Shown in pieces: positions 10,601 to 22,216 of a DNA stretch of 64,000 nt. A program made the translations under genes and the position numbers. The notes beneath the pieces are model-generated. The model was not told the DNA's origin. It made no database searches and was given only the letters and a program-made list of their open reading frames with translations. Within the stretch, counting starts at the first letter, position 1; every line of letters starts with the position of its first letter. Source of the stretch: Phyllosticta citribraziliensis (lineage: Eukaryota); contig NW_027117342.1 in the NCBI RefSeq assembly GCF_038025025.1, positions 2,046,001 through 2,110,000 on the forward strand, in the 5' to 3' direction.

Positions 10601-13600
10601 GAAGGCGCAGTATTTGAAGGCGCAGTGTTTGAAGGCGCAGTGTTTGAAGGCGCCGTGGGCGCTGTGTTCGAAGGACTTGAAGGCGCAGTGTTCGTCGGAG
10701 CCGTATTTGTGGGCGCTGTGTTCGAAGGACCCGTAGGCGCGGTGTTCGTGGGAGCCGTATTTGTAGGCGCGGTGTTCGAAGGACTTGTAGGCGCGGTATT
10801 CGTCGGAGCCGTATTTGTAGGCGCGGTGTTCGAAGGACTTGAAGGCGCCGTGTTCGTCGGAGCCGTATTTGTGGGCGCGGTGTTCGAAGGACTTGTAGGC
10901 GCGGTGTTCGAAGGACTTGAAGGCGCCGTGTTCGTCGGAGCCGTATTTGTGGGCGCGGTGTTCGAAGGACTTGTAGGCGCGGTGTTCGAAGGACTTGAAG
11001 GCGCCGTGTTCGTCGGAGCCGTATTTGTGGGCGCGGTGTTCGAAGGACTTGTAGGCGCGGTGTTCGAAGGACTTGAAGGCGCCGTGTTCGTCGGAGCCGT
11101 ATTTGTGGGCGCGGTGTTCGAAGGACCCGTAGGTGCCGTGTTCGAAGGACCCGTAGGCGCCGTGTTCGTGGGAGCCGTATTCGTGGGAGTGCCGTTCGTC
11201 GAGTCCGTGCCGGTGTTTCCGCCAGTGTCCAGCTTCCGGATTCCCACAATATTTGGCTCAGAGCTCAACGAGAAGACTGCGGATTTGAAGTATCCCGCGG
11301 AACCGCTGACACTAAGCCAGTTGCAGTTGTTCGTAGCATCACACTGAGAGATGAGGTTTGAAATCCACTCGTCAGAGCTCGAGACTCCCTCCGCCCAGCG
11401 AGGGTTATCCGACAACTCAATCCCCTATTGAGCGTTAGCAGTCATTTCAATGAAATCAATGTAGTCATTGGAGGATCAAACCTGAGAGTCAACCCCACAA
11501 AGGATGTACCACTGGCTGCCAGAGGCCGCCGTGTAGGTGGTATCATTAGCAGTGGGACACGTTGGGTTAGATGCAACGGGAGGAGAGGATGATGCAGTCG
11601 AAGAAGGCGCGCCTGTCGGAGTCTGACCATTGGTAGTGCTACCACCCGTGGGCGTGCTTGCCCCAGAGGGAGCACCAGTAGAAGGACTTTCCGCATTCGT
11701 GGTGCTACCACCCGTGGGCGTGCTTGCCCCAGAAGGAGCACCGGTGGTTGGGCTCTGCGCGTTCGTAGAGCTACCAGCTGATGGGGTGCTCGCCCCAGAA
11801 GGAGCAGTTGGGCTCTGAGCGTTCGTATTGCTATCACTCGACGGCGTGCTCGTATCAGGAGAACCAGTAGACGGACTCTGCGCATTGGTAGAGCCCCCGG
11901 TTGATGGCGTGCTCGCCTCAGAAAGCGAGTTTGAGGGACCGTCTGTCAACGACGACGACGACGGAGGGAAACAGGTTCCGAAAGCAAGCTGGCAGCCTGC
12001 GCCGCAGAACAGCTCACTCGAGCCACAGTAGCCGTATTGAGAGCAGCAAGGTCCGTTCGGGGCGTTTGAGCAATCCTGGTTACCGGCTTCTGGGCCGCAA
12101 GCACCCAGCGGGTACCCCGTAGAGGACGGCTCCGCCGGAGAGGTCGAAGATTGCGATGGAGTCCCGGAACCTAGCCTCTGGATACCAACAATGTTGGGCT
12201 CAGAGGACGTGGAACTGATACTTGACTTGAAGTAGCCAGCAGAGCCGCTCACACTCAGCCAATTACAGTCGGTCGTGGTGTCGCATTGTCCGATGAGATT
12301 TGAGATCCACTCATCTGATGACGAGACACCTTCTGCCCACCTCGGATTAGAAGGGAGTTCCACACCCTATTGAAATTAGTTTTATTTAAAAATGGATTGT
12401 CAAAGTAAAATGATCATACCTCGGCATCGACTCCGCAAAGAATGTACCACTGGCTACCAGACGCAGCCGTGTAGGTAGTGGCATTCGCCGTGGGACACGT
12501 AGGGTATTGAGAAGCACCGCTGGTCCCAGTGGAACTAGGTGCGCCTACGGTACCCATGGATGGACTCTGGGGAGTAGTAGAAGTGGGCGTTGATTGACCT
12601 GGTGGGTTGGTGGAGCCAGTGCTTGGTGTGCTCGACGGAGAAGAAGGAGTAGTTGGACCACCTGTGGACGCTTGTGATGGTCCTGATGGTACCGGATTGC
12701 TTGGGGCCGTCGCTGTATTCGAGGGAAACATCTCACCAGGGCTCAATTTCCTCGCTCCAACAATGTTGGGATTAGAGAATGTAGACGAGATTGAGCTTTT
12801 AAAGTAGCCAGTCGCACCACTGGCACTGACCCAGTTGCAGTTTTCTATGGCATCGCACTGCCCAACCAAGTTTGCGATCCATTGGTCTGAACTGGAGACA
12901 CCTTCAGCGAAACGTGGGTTCCCTGGCATGTTTACACCATCTGCTTCGACTCCACATTGAATGAAGAATCGACTGCCCGTGCCAGGAACGGTGTAAACGG
13001 TGTTGTTTGCTGAAGGGCACACTGGGTACGATGGGGTGCTCGATGGGGCAGTGCCTGTCGGACTGCTCTGGACTGGAGCGGCGGTCGTCGAGGCACCAGC
13101 TGGCGAAGTTGGCGATCCCCCATTAGTCGTCGACAGTGGACTTATGGACGCGGCAGAACCAGTGGGAGTATAGCTGGGGAAAAGCGGTCGATACTGAACC
13201 ATGGCCGGAGAGTCCAAGTTCCACCAGGAACCTTCCCCAATAGCTCTGGGAACCACGTCTCCGACTCCTAACTTCAAATGACATCCGTCAGATTGCATAT
13301 GAGCGTCTGAACAGTTCGAGTATGTGATGCATCGGTCAAGACACTGGTCAAAATTGACAGTGTCTGGTTCTTGTGCGTCGCCGTTGACGTTATTGGCTGA
13401 TGCATGTTAGTTGTCTTCCAAGAACGGGGGGGAAATGCTCCTTACCAAAAGTCTCGTATCCACAAATCAACCCCCATGTGACTCCGTCGCGCACTTGAAG
13501 TGTGCGGTCATCTCGCGGACACTGGCTTTGGGGGCAATCCAGACAAATGACCTGGTGATCCTGGTTCGTGCCGGGTTCTATGAGTTCAATGACCTGGGTT

Positions 13601-14036
13601 TTGAGATAACAGAAGGTCTGCGTGCGTTAGCCAAAGGTACAAAGAGCAATCGATTGTCTTGTCGTACATTTGATCTCCATGTTGCTGCGGTACAATTTTC
13701 GAACTGGTCGCATTGGTTGACACACTGGGAGACATCGCTGAAGCCATTGGTGAAGGGATAAAACCCTTCGTACGCGGTCAATCCGTAGTTACAGAAAAGT
13801 TGGTAGTGGTAACCACTGGATCCGACGATGATGCTTCCGTTTTGGCCCGGGCACGATGTCGGACTACTGGCGGCTGGAACGTAAGTACTGCTGTAGGGTT
13901 TTGGCAAGCGGGACGGAGTGTAAGATGGACCGGGAGCCCTGGCGGGCATCGGGTCGGCGGAGACCAATATGGGGGACAGGAAGAGGAGGAGGTGATGGAA
14001 CCTCGTCCGAAAGGACGAGTCCCAGAAGCCACCCAT
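7646..14036 (-). CDS. Large secreted Ser/Thr/Pro-rich mucin-like protein (~2,000 aa) with 6 PAN/apple-like modules and 2 CBM18 (hevein) chitin-binding domains
   Basis: ATG 14036 with a signal peptide (...HHLLLFLSPILVSA). GT-AG introns at 13618-13667, 13397-13445, 12367-12419, 11425-11481 and 9798-9847 join five tracked ORFs in frame. Hevein motifs: CGPEAGNQDC...CCSQYGYCGSSELFCGAGCQLAFGTC and CGPTFDGSTC...CCSSSGYCGSDPEHCGDGCQTDYGLC. Repeated CPxANxTxY...CGV...QCD....C modules. Confidence 0.85.
10000..10480 (-). repeat. 105-bp (35-aa) coding tandem repeat, TPMTSTQHTSSDTALSNSQTNAPSM...
   Basis: CTGACTGTTGGAAAGTGCC recurs at 10081, 10186 and 10291. Confidence 0.9.
10570..11190 (-). repeat. Coding minisatellite of (S/T)NTAP units with a 78-bp higher-order period
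   Basis: Near-identical 78-bp blocks (for example at 10861 and 10939) encode SNTAPTSPSNTAPTNTAPTNTAPSSP. Confidence 0.95.
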
Positions 14037-14689
14037 CGTGGACACAAATGTCCTCGGACCTAATAGTTAGTAGGAAAATCGGTAAGCCAAACGTCGCTTA
14101 ATCTAATGACAGACTAAGGTAAGTAGGAACAGCCGTGAGTCGTTAGACAAAAGAGTGTATGCTGTCGACTTGTCGTCTTGTCGAGGATAGGGCCGGAGGA
14201 GCTGTCGGCGATTGGTCGTATTTCTACTAATCGCAAAGGTACACACCCATTGTTGCCCTACACCCGTCGCCACCTAGCGTGCGCGTGTTGGAAGAGGTTG
14301 GCTTGTTGACGCGATGGAATGAGCATTCGCTTGGCTCGAGTCTTGGTGTTGAAAATCAAAATGCTTGGCTTCATGGCGAAGCTCTACGGTCGTGATCTAG
14401 AATTGCAAAATGCCATGTTTAGAGACGGTTCCAAGCGCAGAATTTGTGGTGATTGATTATCCTAGACGTCAACAAGACATGAGCGAAAAAGGCCGTGAGA
14501 AAACAGACACTCTGAAGTTGGTCTCGCAACCAAGATTCCCAGCACCCTCGACGCAGGGAGCAAGGGAATTGACCTCGACCTTGGTGAAAAAGGAAGGCAA
14601 AGTCGCGTCTTTAACATCGCGTCCCTGGAAACGCGACCGTCCCTGAAATTCACCCTTTGCTTCTGGCGTGACAGGCGAGAAGCCAAGCG

Positions 14690-15726
14690 TCACAATTTTG
14701 AGGCCCTCATCTGAGTGCTATCCATCCGCTTGCCCTCATCATCTTGTTCGGCGACGGTAAGGTCGGGGAAAGCTGCAGGCATGATGCGTCGAGGAGTAGT
14801 TGCTGGAACCAAGCTGTACTTTTCAAAATCCGTCACGCCAGTTTTGCGGAGAAAGTCTTCGTCCACGTCGAGAAGCCCATTGACCTGCGTGGCTGGGCTG
14901 CGTAACAATGCGAGCACTGCGTCGGAGAAGATGGTCTGGGCATACATGAGAGAATGTAAATTCTTCACGAGGGCCCGTGACTTACCGGCTTCCTCAAGTC
15001 TTTCATGTCCTCTGTGCCGGTGTTGGTGGTGGCAGCAGATTGTATCCCCGTAGCAACCCACATGCTCGAGATGGCCATTTCTTTCTTCCCTTCTCTTTCA
15101 AAGTCCATGGCCAAGCCTTTTGTCAAAACGCTCATGGCAACCTTCCCCATTGCGTAGGCTGTTTTGCCTCTAAAGAATCGCGAGTAGATGGGCGGACTCA
15201 CAACAACAATCCGGCCCTTCCAGCCCTGCTTCTTGAAATGCGGCAGGGCTGCCTGGACCGTGTTGTACAAACCCTCAACATTGACTTGTTGCATAAGTTT
15301 GTACCGCTTGAAAGGCGTATTTTCAACCGATGCCCACCAAATCGCACCCGAATTGTAAACAAGCACATCCAAGCGACCGAAAGCTGCAACGGCAGCGTCC
15401 ACCATATGTTTGATAGCATCGGGGTCCCGTGTGTCGGCAGGAATGGCGACGGCTTCCCCTCCAGCTTCGTGGATTTCACGCGCAACCGTGTTGATGGTGG
15501 AAAGAGACGAGTTGGGATCGGGAGGAAATGGGTTCGCTTTCGAGGCGTCTGAAGTGCTCTTTGCTGATACCACCACTACTTCTCCGTCAGCAATTACCTT
15601 GGCCAAGTTGAAGGATGGTTGGGGCTGCATGCCTCTGTAGCCAGCTTTGGCCAGGTCAATGGCGACCTGACGACCCATGCCTCGAGAGGCCCCGACAACA
15701 AGCGCGACACCTTGCTGGATGGTCAT
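14690..15726 (-). CDS. Short-chain dehydrogenase/reductase, HSDL2-like, peroxisomal (PTS1 SKL)
   Basis: VVGASRGMGRQVA Rossmann motif, LVYNSG, YAMGK catalytic YxxxK, C-terminal -ASKL. Introns at about 15576-15632 and 14937-14984. Confidence 0.9.
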
Positions 15727-16168
15727 GGTTCCAGGTGATCAAGGTACTTTGCGAAAGATCAACGTTCGAGTGAGGAGACTTGCACGCGTCGCGATGTCGT
15801 GGAGTCGTCGAGTCGAGACGCGTCGTGGAGTTGTCTTGCCGAGTCCCAGTCATCCGGCGGCAGCGTGATGAGCCATAAGAGGTCAGCGAGACGGACGCAT
15901 CGCATGTTCAGCATCAATAGCCTCGGCAGAAAGTCAACACAGAGATGGAGACGTCGATGCTCACCGCGGTGAAGTGCAAAGAGGATTAGTGATAGACTCG
16001 GTATGGCGTCACTAGCGCCTTCCCTTGGCTGAACCCTGCCGCAGATCGGCCCTTCCCCACCGCAACCACAGGCCGAGCCGCCAGCCAGACCACCCATCCT
16101 CTTTAAACTCCCATCCCCACCCCGAGGCGTAAAGTAATCCGAATTTCCGACCTCCCAACTCGTTCATA

Positions 16169-17098
16169 ATGGGGGCCAAGATCGACGTGTACCTCGACTG
16201 CGGTAAGTGACGGACCGGGCCGAGAAGTGAAGAGGACCAAGCAGCTGACAAGCGAGGCAGTGTCCGCGTACTCGTATTTTGCCATTTTGTATTTGCTGAA
16301 GAACCGGCAGGCGCTGGCAGAGCATGAGGTCGAAATAGAGTGCGACAGTCCTCATCACCGGCGTGGTTTCAGCTGCTCATGCCAACCAGGTTTCACCCGG
16401 TCTTTCTCGGAGGCATCAACGTCGGCAGCGGTAGGCCTCCCAAAACACACTCTTGAACCCCATCCCAATTCTCCACTTTTTGCTTGCTCTAACCGCAATA
16501 GGCAACAAACCTCCATGGACCCTACCGAACAAGGCTAAGTATGGGAACTTCGACATGGCGCGAGCAAAGGCGTATTTCGGATGCCCAAAGATGAAGACCC
16601 CCTCCTCTTTTCCCATTCTTTCTCTGCTTCCCCAAAGAGCCCTGACATACGCAAAACACAATCTTCCAACCGAGAAATTCGAAAAGGCCTTCCTGGAATT
16701 TTTTGTTGCCATGTGGGAGCAAGACCTTGACTTGTCGAAACCGGAACTTCTCTTGGAGGTGATGTCGAGGATCTATTCCGAACCAGAGGCCAAGGATATT
16801 GTCGAAGCGGCAGGCAAGCCGGAAATCAAGAAACTCCTGAACGACACCACCCAAAAGACGCTGGATATGGGCGCGTTTGGATGTCCGTGGTATCTGGTCC
16901 GCAACGCCCAAGGAGTCGAAGAGCCATTCTTTGGGAGCGACAGGTGTGTGCTGATTTCCTATTCGGGTCGTCATGTGACGGTCGCTTCGGGCATGGCGAA
17001 AGATGCTGATGGTCGACAGGTTCCATTACATGTGGATGTTTCTAGATTTGCCGTGGAAAGACATCGAAATCCTGAGCAGGCAGAAAGCAAAGATTTAA
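16169..17098 (+). CDS. Glutathione S-transferase kappa / 2-hydroxychromene-2-carboxylate isomerase (DsbA-like fold)
   Basis: Spliced product MGAKIDVYLDCVSAYSYFA...PVFLGGINVGSGNKPPWTLPNKAKY...GAFGCPW...EPFFGSDRFHYM...RQKAKI*, with four short introns. Confidence 0.9.
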
Positions 17099-19931
17099 GA
17101 CTCTCAAATGTCCAGGATCTGGGTCGATAATGAAGTAGCGGTGAAGCCATTTGTTTGGTATCCATGCAGCGGTACGATGGGCGCACCCGGTCGAGGCTGA
17201 AAGGCACGGAAAAGACCCACGAAGGGTATTCAAAACCCCTGTCTCCCGTCTGTAATTTTCAACAATGTCGAGCATGATAATGTAAGCAGCACACGGTGTC
17301 TCTGGTAAAGCAGCCTCTCGTGTCACTGTACAAGTTCATCACTGCGAGATCGGCTCATGAGAGATGTCATGGTGAGTTTGGTGATCGCAGGCCGAGGCGG
17401 GAGGATGCTTGGTCTCGCCGTCACACAAAGCCCCAGCCTGATCTCCCGTCACGGCTGTCTCCATCCCCAAGTTCCGCGTACGTAGACCCTCGCCAGCACC
17501 CCCATGAAAAATCTCCGGCCGGTGTCGACGGCGGATGCGAGCTAATGCAAGAGACGGCGGATCGGCCCACCAGGACAGGCACACTCTGCAGATGAAATGT
17601 CTTTGGTCATGCAAACCGCAAAGGGGCACTGCGTCAGGAGGCTCTCCAAACGCAGTGATCTGGATTCCTGAAGCCGATTCGAGCTCGGTCGAATGTGGCG
17701 GGAGCAAATTTGCAGGCGTGGTCTTCCGGCAAACGCACGCTGTCATCGGGGAAGCAAACCTGTCATCCGCCCGCTGCCACCCTGCGGCAAGCATCTGCAG
17801 CCACAACCGTCTGCCAAGATGTCAGTTTGTGACAGGGATACGAAGGAGCCTGCGCGGATCCTAGGCTTGTGTTCGAAAAGCGACGAGCCGCGGGAAAGTC
17901 CAAGCGGACGTTGATATGACATGCCGAGCGTCGGCACGCTGCCTCTGCGAATACTTTTCTAGAGCGACCCCAGTCAGTCGTCGGTGACATTGCAAGGTGC
18001 ATAGAGGCATGAGACAGGGTGTGGGAGGAGTCGCTGCAGACGCGGTGCGACGGCACGACTTGAGGCTTCCGGACGTGGGCGAACAAGCGCAACACGTTAC
18101 GCAACCTCCTTCATTCTGGCGACCTCGCCGAGCCAGGAAAAAGAGCCACCTTTCACAATGGCGCTGTCAAAAAACGGCTTCCCTCTTGAGTCGGGCACAT
18201 ACACACGTGGTGGCCGTGCGACGGTTGCCAATTGTGGGATGACAGCTCTTGGATGTCACCAGAAACGCGTGGGCTCGACCACAGCTAGAATCCGCAACGT
18301 CTCGAAGAAACTCCATCTGTGCAAAATGTCCGCGCGCGCAGGAGAAGAATGCGGCCATTTCCTGGAAATTGGAAGATCTTGCAGCAGCAGCGACATGAAG
18401 CATGGTTGGACGCTCGGCACGATCGGATCTTGCAAACTCTCCAAAAGACGAACCCCAGCCCTGCAGTTGCGGGGGTTTGCCCTCTTCGGCAAGTGGTTCG
18501 ATTGGGCTATCAGCTCAACCGTGCAGCTGGTGGCCGGTCTGTCACCTGCATCCTCCCGCACTGACAGGCTCAAGCCTGGTCAAAGTTGGGGAACACTGAT
18601 AACTTTCTCTGACAGGTCACCATGGAATCCCGCAGAAGGGAGTCTTGGAAGTACCGCGGGGCCTGGCTGCTATGCCACCACATTGAAATTTTACAGTCCA
18701 GAATCGAGACAATGCTGGAAAGGCTGCCTTGCAAAGCTGTCAATGTAGCTTTGTGTCTCACCCTTTTGCTTCGTGTGAGCCCAGAATTTCCTCTTCCGGA
18801 AATTCGACCACCAGGCAGGTCTCCCGTAGATTCTTGAAGCGGGACTCTACCAATGCTGCCACAGACCATGCCAGCATCAGAGGGCCGAAATGAGAACGAC
18901 CGTTGGCTGAGCCGTTCATTCCCGCAGCTCGATTGCCGCCATGACCGTCTTTCCTTGGTCTCGCCATGCACAGACATGGCTTTCGCGGGGAAGAAGAAAC
19001 CTTTCCTCCCGCGGTGCCTGTCAAACGCCACGGTGAAGATCTCCGTTGAAATTGACCTCGACGTTGGGAACTACGTTTGAGAGAGCGGCGTATCCGGGCT
19101 TTGACCGATCCCTTAATGACACCACCCAGCCTGCATAGTCCACACTGATCCGTGCCAGACTCCAGCAAGGTGAAAACGGGCCGTTGGCTTTTGATCTTTT
19201 ACCATTGACACCTCACGCTTCGGCTTCTCATCTGCAAACACCTCCCTCCTCCTCGTTGGCTGTCTCCGAAAGTCACTCGAACACTTTGTTAGTGTATTTG
19301 CCAATCATCGGAGCAAGTACCAGTACGAGCGCGACAACCGGACGAATCGATCACCAGCTCTCCGACCCTTGCCCAAAACAGCAAGTACTTCTCCTCGCGA
19401 GTCGGCAGAGAAGGGGTGGGACAAGGTGCGGAAAACACATTCTTTGCCGCACTTCTGCTGAGATGGACCTCTGACAAGCATGCCAGCAGATACCTGGACC
19501 GACGAGTTGACCGACTGGTCGATACTTCTTCTGAGGTGGAAGCCTGAGTGCCTTGAAGTTGCCCTTATTTCGATATAAGACGTTGTCGATAGCTCAAGGG
19601 TAACTGCGTCGGCATTGTCTTTATCAACGAGGCGGTCAGTACGTGGCCATTTTGCCAGCTCCGCTGCAGCCACCACCATCCACGTTCAATGTCTCTGATG
19701 CATGCTCCCTAGCGACAGCACCGTACATGCCGCAACCTGCATCATAGCCATACACAACAAAGAAGACTCCAAACTTTCTCAAGGCACCTCTTTCGCCAGA
19801 AGAGCGGTGAAAGATTATCCCAAACAATAGGAAAAAGAAAGAACCAGATTCGCCAGTACCAACGGGTGATTGCTACCGCAAGAAGCTTTGAGACCCAGCG
19901 TCAGTCCAACCAGAGGCCAAAGTCTAGCAGC

Positions 19932-21518
19932 ATGAACAATCACAAGATGATGTTCTCACCGCCTTCACAATACGTCCCAGGACCATCAAAGCAAGTCCAA
20001 GCTGCTCAGTTTAGGTTCCACTCAGTGCCATTCGATTACAGCTTTGGCTTTGAGACAGAGGTATCAATGGCGAGCCCCGAATGGAATGTAAGTCATCAGC
20101 GCCCCAATCGCAAAGTGCCCCTGCTCACCATGGTAGCAATTCCCTCAATTGGAGCAATGCTGCTCTGGCGTCCCACCTGCGTACAACCATGCTGGACACA
20201 ACAACGTCTCTGAAGGCCATCAGCGCGAGTCCGTGGATCCGTACAAGGAAGAAGTGCCCGCGTCTCCGTATGACAGCTGGGGTCTCACCTCGTCCCGCGC
20301 AATCACCATGCAAGGCCCCTCAGCTGAGTGGCAGACACCTGGCGCATACCACGAGAACGTAGTCAAGGACAGTGAGGAGTGGCGGCGGCAAAGGGTCACA
20401 AGTCCTCCCGACACTTCCCTGGGGTTAGGAGAGGGAATGGATGCCCCTCGCCACCAGACTCTTTACTCGGTCCCTTCCACCCAAGAGATTGACCAGGCTC
20501 CGTCGACGCTGTTGAATGCGTCCTTCGCAGATGCCGAGACAAGCCCTGCCTTTCGATCAAGTCACAAAACGGAAGACGCGCCACTGACAGAGCCCCAAGC
20601 TCTGCATGGGAGCGCATGGGCATGGTTCCACCCAACCAATCCGTACGATGACATGTTGCCGCAGACTGACCACGCGGTCGCTCAAGTTGCACCCTCTCCG
20701 GCCTCGACTGCTGCTTGTGGTAGTGTTCCGCGCAAGAATCCTCTACTGGAGAACCACTACGCCGGACTTCCCGTGTGGAATGGGCCAGAGCTTGGATTCT
20801 CCAGCAGCGAGAGCGAGAGCAAGCCTTCGCCTGTCCCTTCGACAAGCTTCTACCCGAGCCACATGCTATGGATGGGCGAGAATTCCAGTTTCGGCAGCGA
20901 CGTTCCCGCCCTGACCTACTCTCAAGCTTCCCCGGCATCTGATTGGGAAGACGGGCCAGCGGAGGCACAAGGCCAGAATGACGTGGTCGATGGGCCTCAG
21001 GCAGCGGGATACTCACTTCGCAACCTTCGACAACGTCGGATCGTTGGCCCTTCGGACGAAGAAGAGGCTTGGAAGAACGACTTTCTTGTCGACAAGAAGC
21101 GGGCTGGTTGGACGTACAAGATGATCAAGCAGCAAGGTGGCTTCACAGAAGCAGAGTCGACGCTGCGAGGTCGCTACAGAGCGCTCACCAAGCAGCGCAA
21201 AGACCGGGTGCGCAAGCCAATTTGGCAGCGCAGAGATGTAAGTCAGCCTCGTAAATCCATGTGACGGACGGATCATTGACGGAACAATTCCAGATTCAGC
21301 TGCTTCGAGACGCCGTGTCCAAGCACTTTGTCGGCCGCTTCGTTTCCAACGCGGACGCCACGAGTCCATCTTGGACCAATGTTCCTGACATGTACATTGA
21401 TCCAAACAAGATTCTGTGGAAGGATGTCGCCGACTACATCAGAGACAATGGCGGGTCGTACCACTTTGGCAACGCGACTTGCAAGAAGATGTGGCTCAAG
21501 ATCCACGGACGCAGCTAG
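19932..21518 (+). CDS. Fungal Myb/SANT-like DNA-binding domain protein
   Basis: Three exons (introns at about 20088-20136 and 21238-21293). The C-terminal region FLVDKKRAGWTYKMIK..GGFTEAESTLRGRYRALTK...RVRKPIW and WKDVADYIRDNGGSYHFGNATCKKMW is typical of Pezizomycotina Myb-like proteins. Confidence 0.75.
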
Positions 21519-22216
21519 GGACTGGCAGAGCTTCTCGACGGGATGATTGGTACACTTGGTCGCAGCGATGCAGGCGGGCGCTTTCTCGTTGGATGGGGGT
21601 TTCTTTCTGGCGTTTGTTGGGGCTCATGTCCACTGGCACATGGATTGCTTGACTCGGGATCCTCTTGTTTCCTTGCTCTTTTTGGTCGCTGTTTCGTCAT
21701 TCGGGGCTATTTCTCGCTGCTTTTTTTGGCTGTCGCCGTATTCAGGTCGCTGGGTTGCTGTTTTGTTTCGATTGCGCCGCAACGCAGAATGGTAATGAAG
21801 GTAGTGTGCGAGCAGCTGGACGAGTACTTCACTTGACCGTGTTGGAGACGACTGGAGACACGACGAGACGATCGATCGCGATGCAGAGAGACAGAGGGTT
21901 GTGGCAGGGGTGGGGCGCGGCCACAGCGGGCGGTTCGGTACCCGCTCGGCAGGGGCCGTTCGGGCCAGTTTTCGTCATGCGACGGATGGTGGGTGCCCCT
22001 TCGAAATACCCCCGGCTTCCCTCGCTCCATCAAATGTTTGCACGCCATGGTGTTTACGCCTCCATCATCGGTTTCTGTCTCCGTCAACGTCAACCTCGCC
22101 TGATCCTGATCTGCCCTCGTCCCTCTCTCCCCTCTTCAGCGAGCGGCGTCCGTTCCCCTCGATTCGCCCGCCTCCGGGCGACTTGCCCCAGACAGCTCTC
22201 CTCATCCTCCACCGCC

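Noticed and set aside
10570..11190. Regularly spaced repeats superficially like a CRISPR array
   Set aside because: No unique spacers, in-frame coding repeats, eukaryotic context and no cas genes.
10385..11347. 320-aa plus-strand ORF of GAVFVGAVFE repeats, plus overlapping 253- and 246-aa ORFs
   Set aside because: Antisense or alternative-frame shadows of the NTAP and TPMTST coding repeats of the mucin gene.
17100..19900. Many short overlapping ORFs upstream of the Myb-like gene
   Set aside because: No coding signature; consistent with a long regulatory or 5' UTR region in GC-rich DNA.
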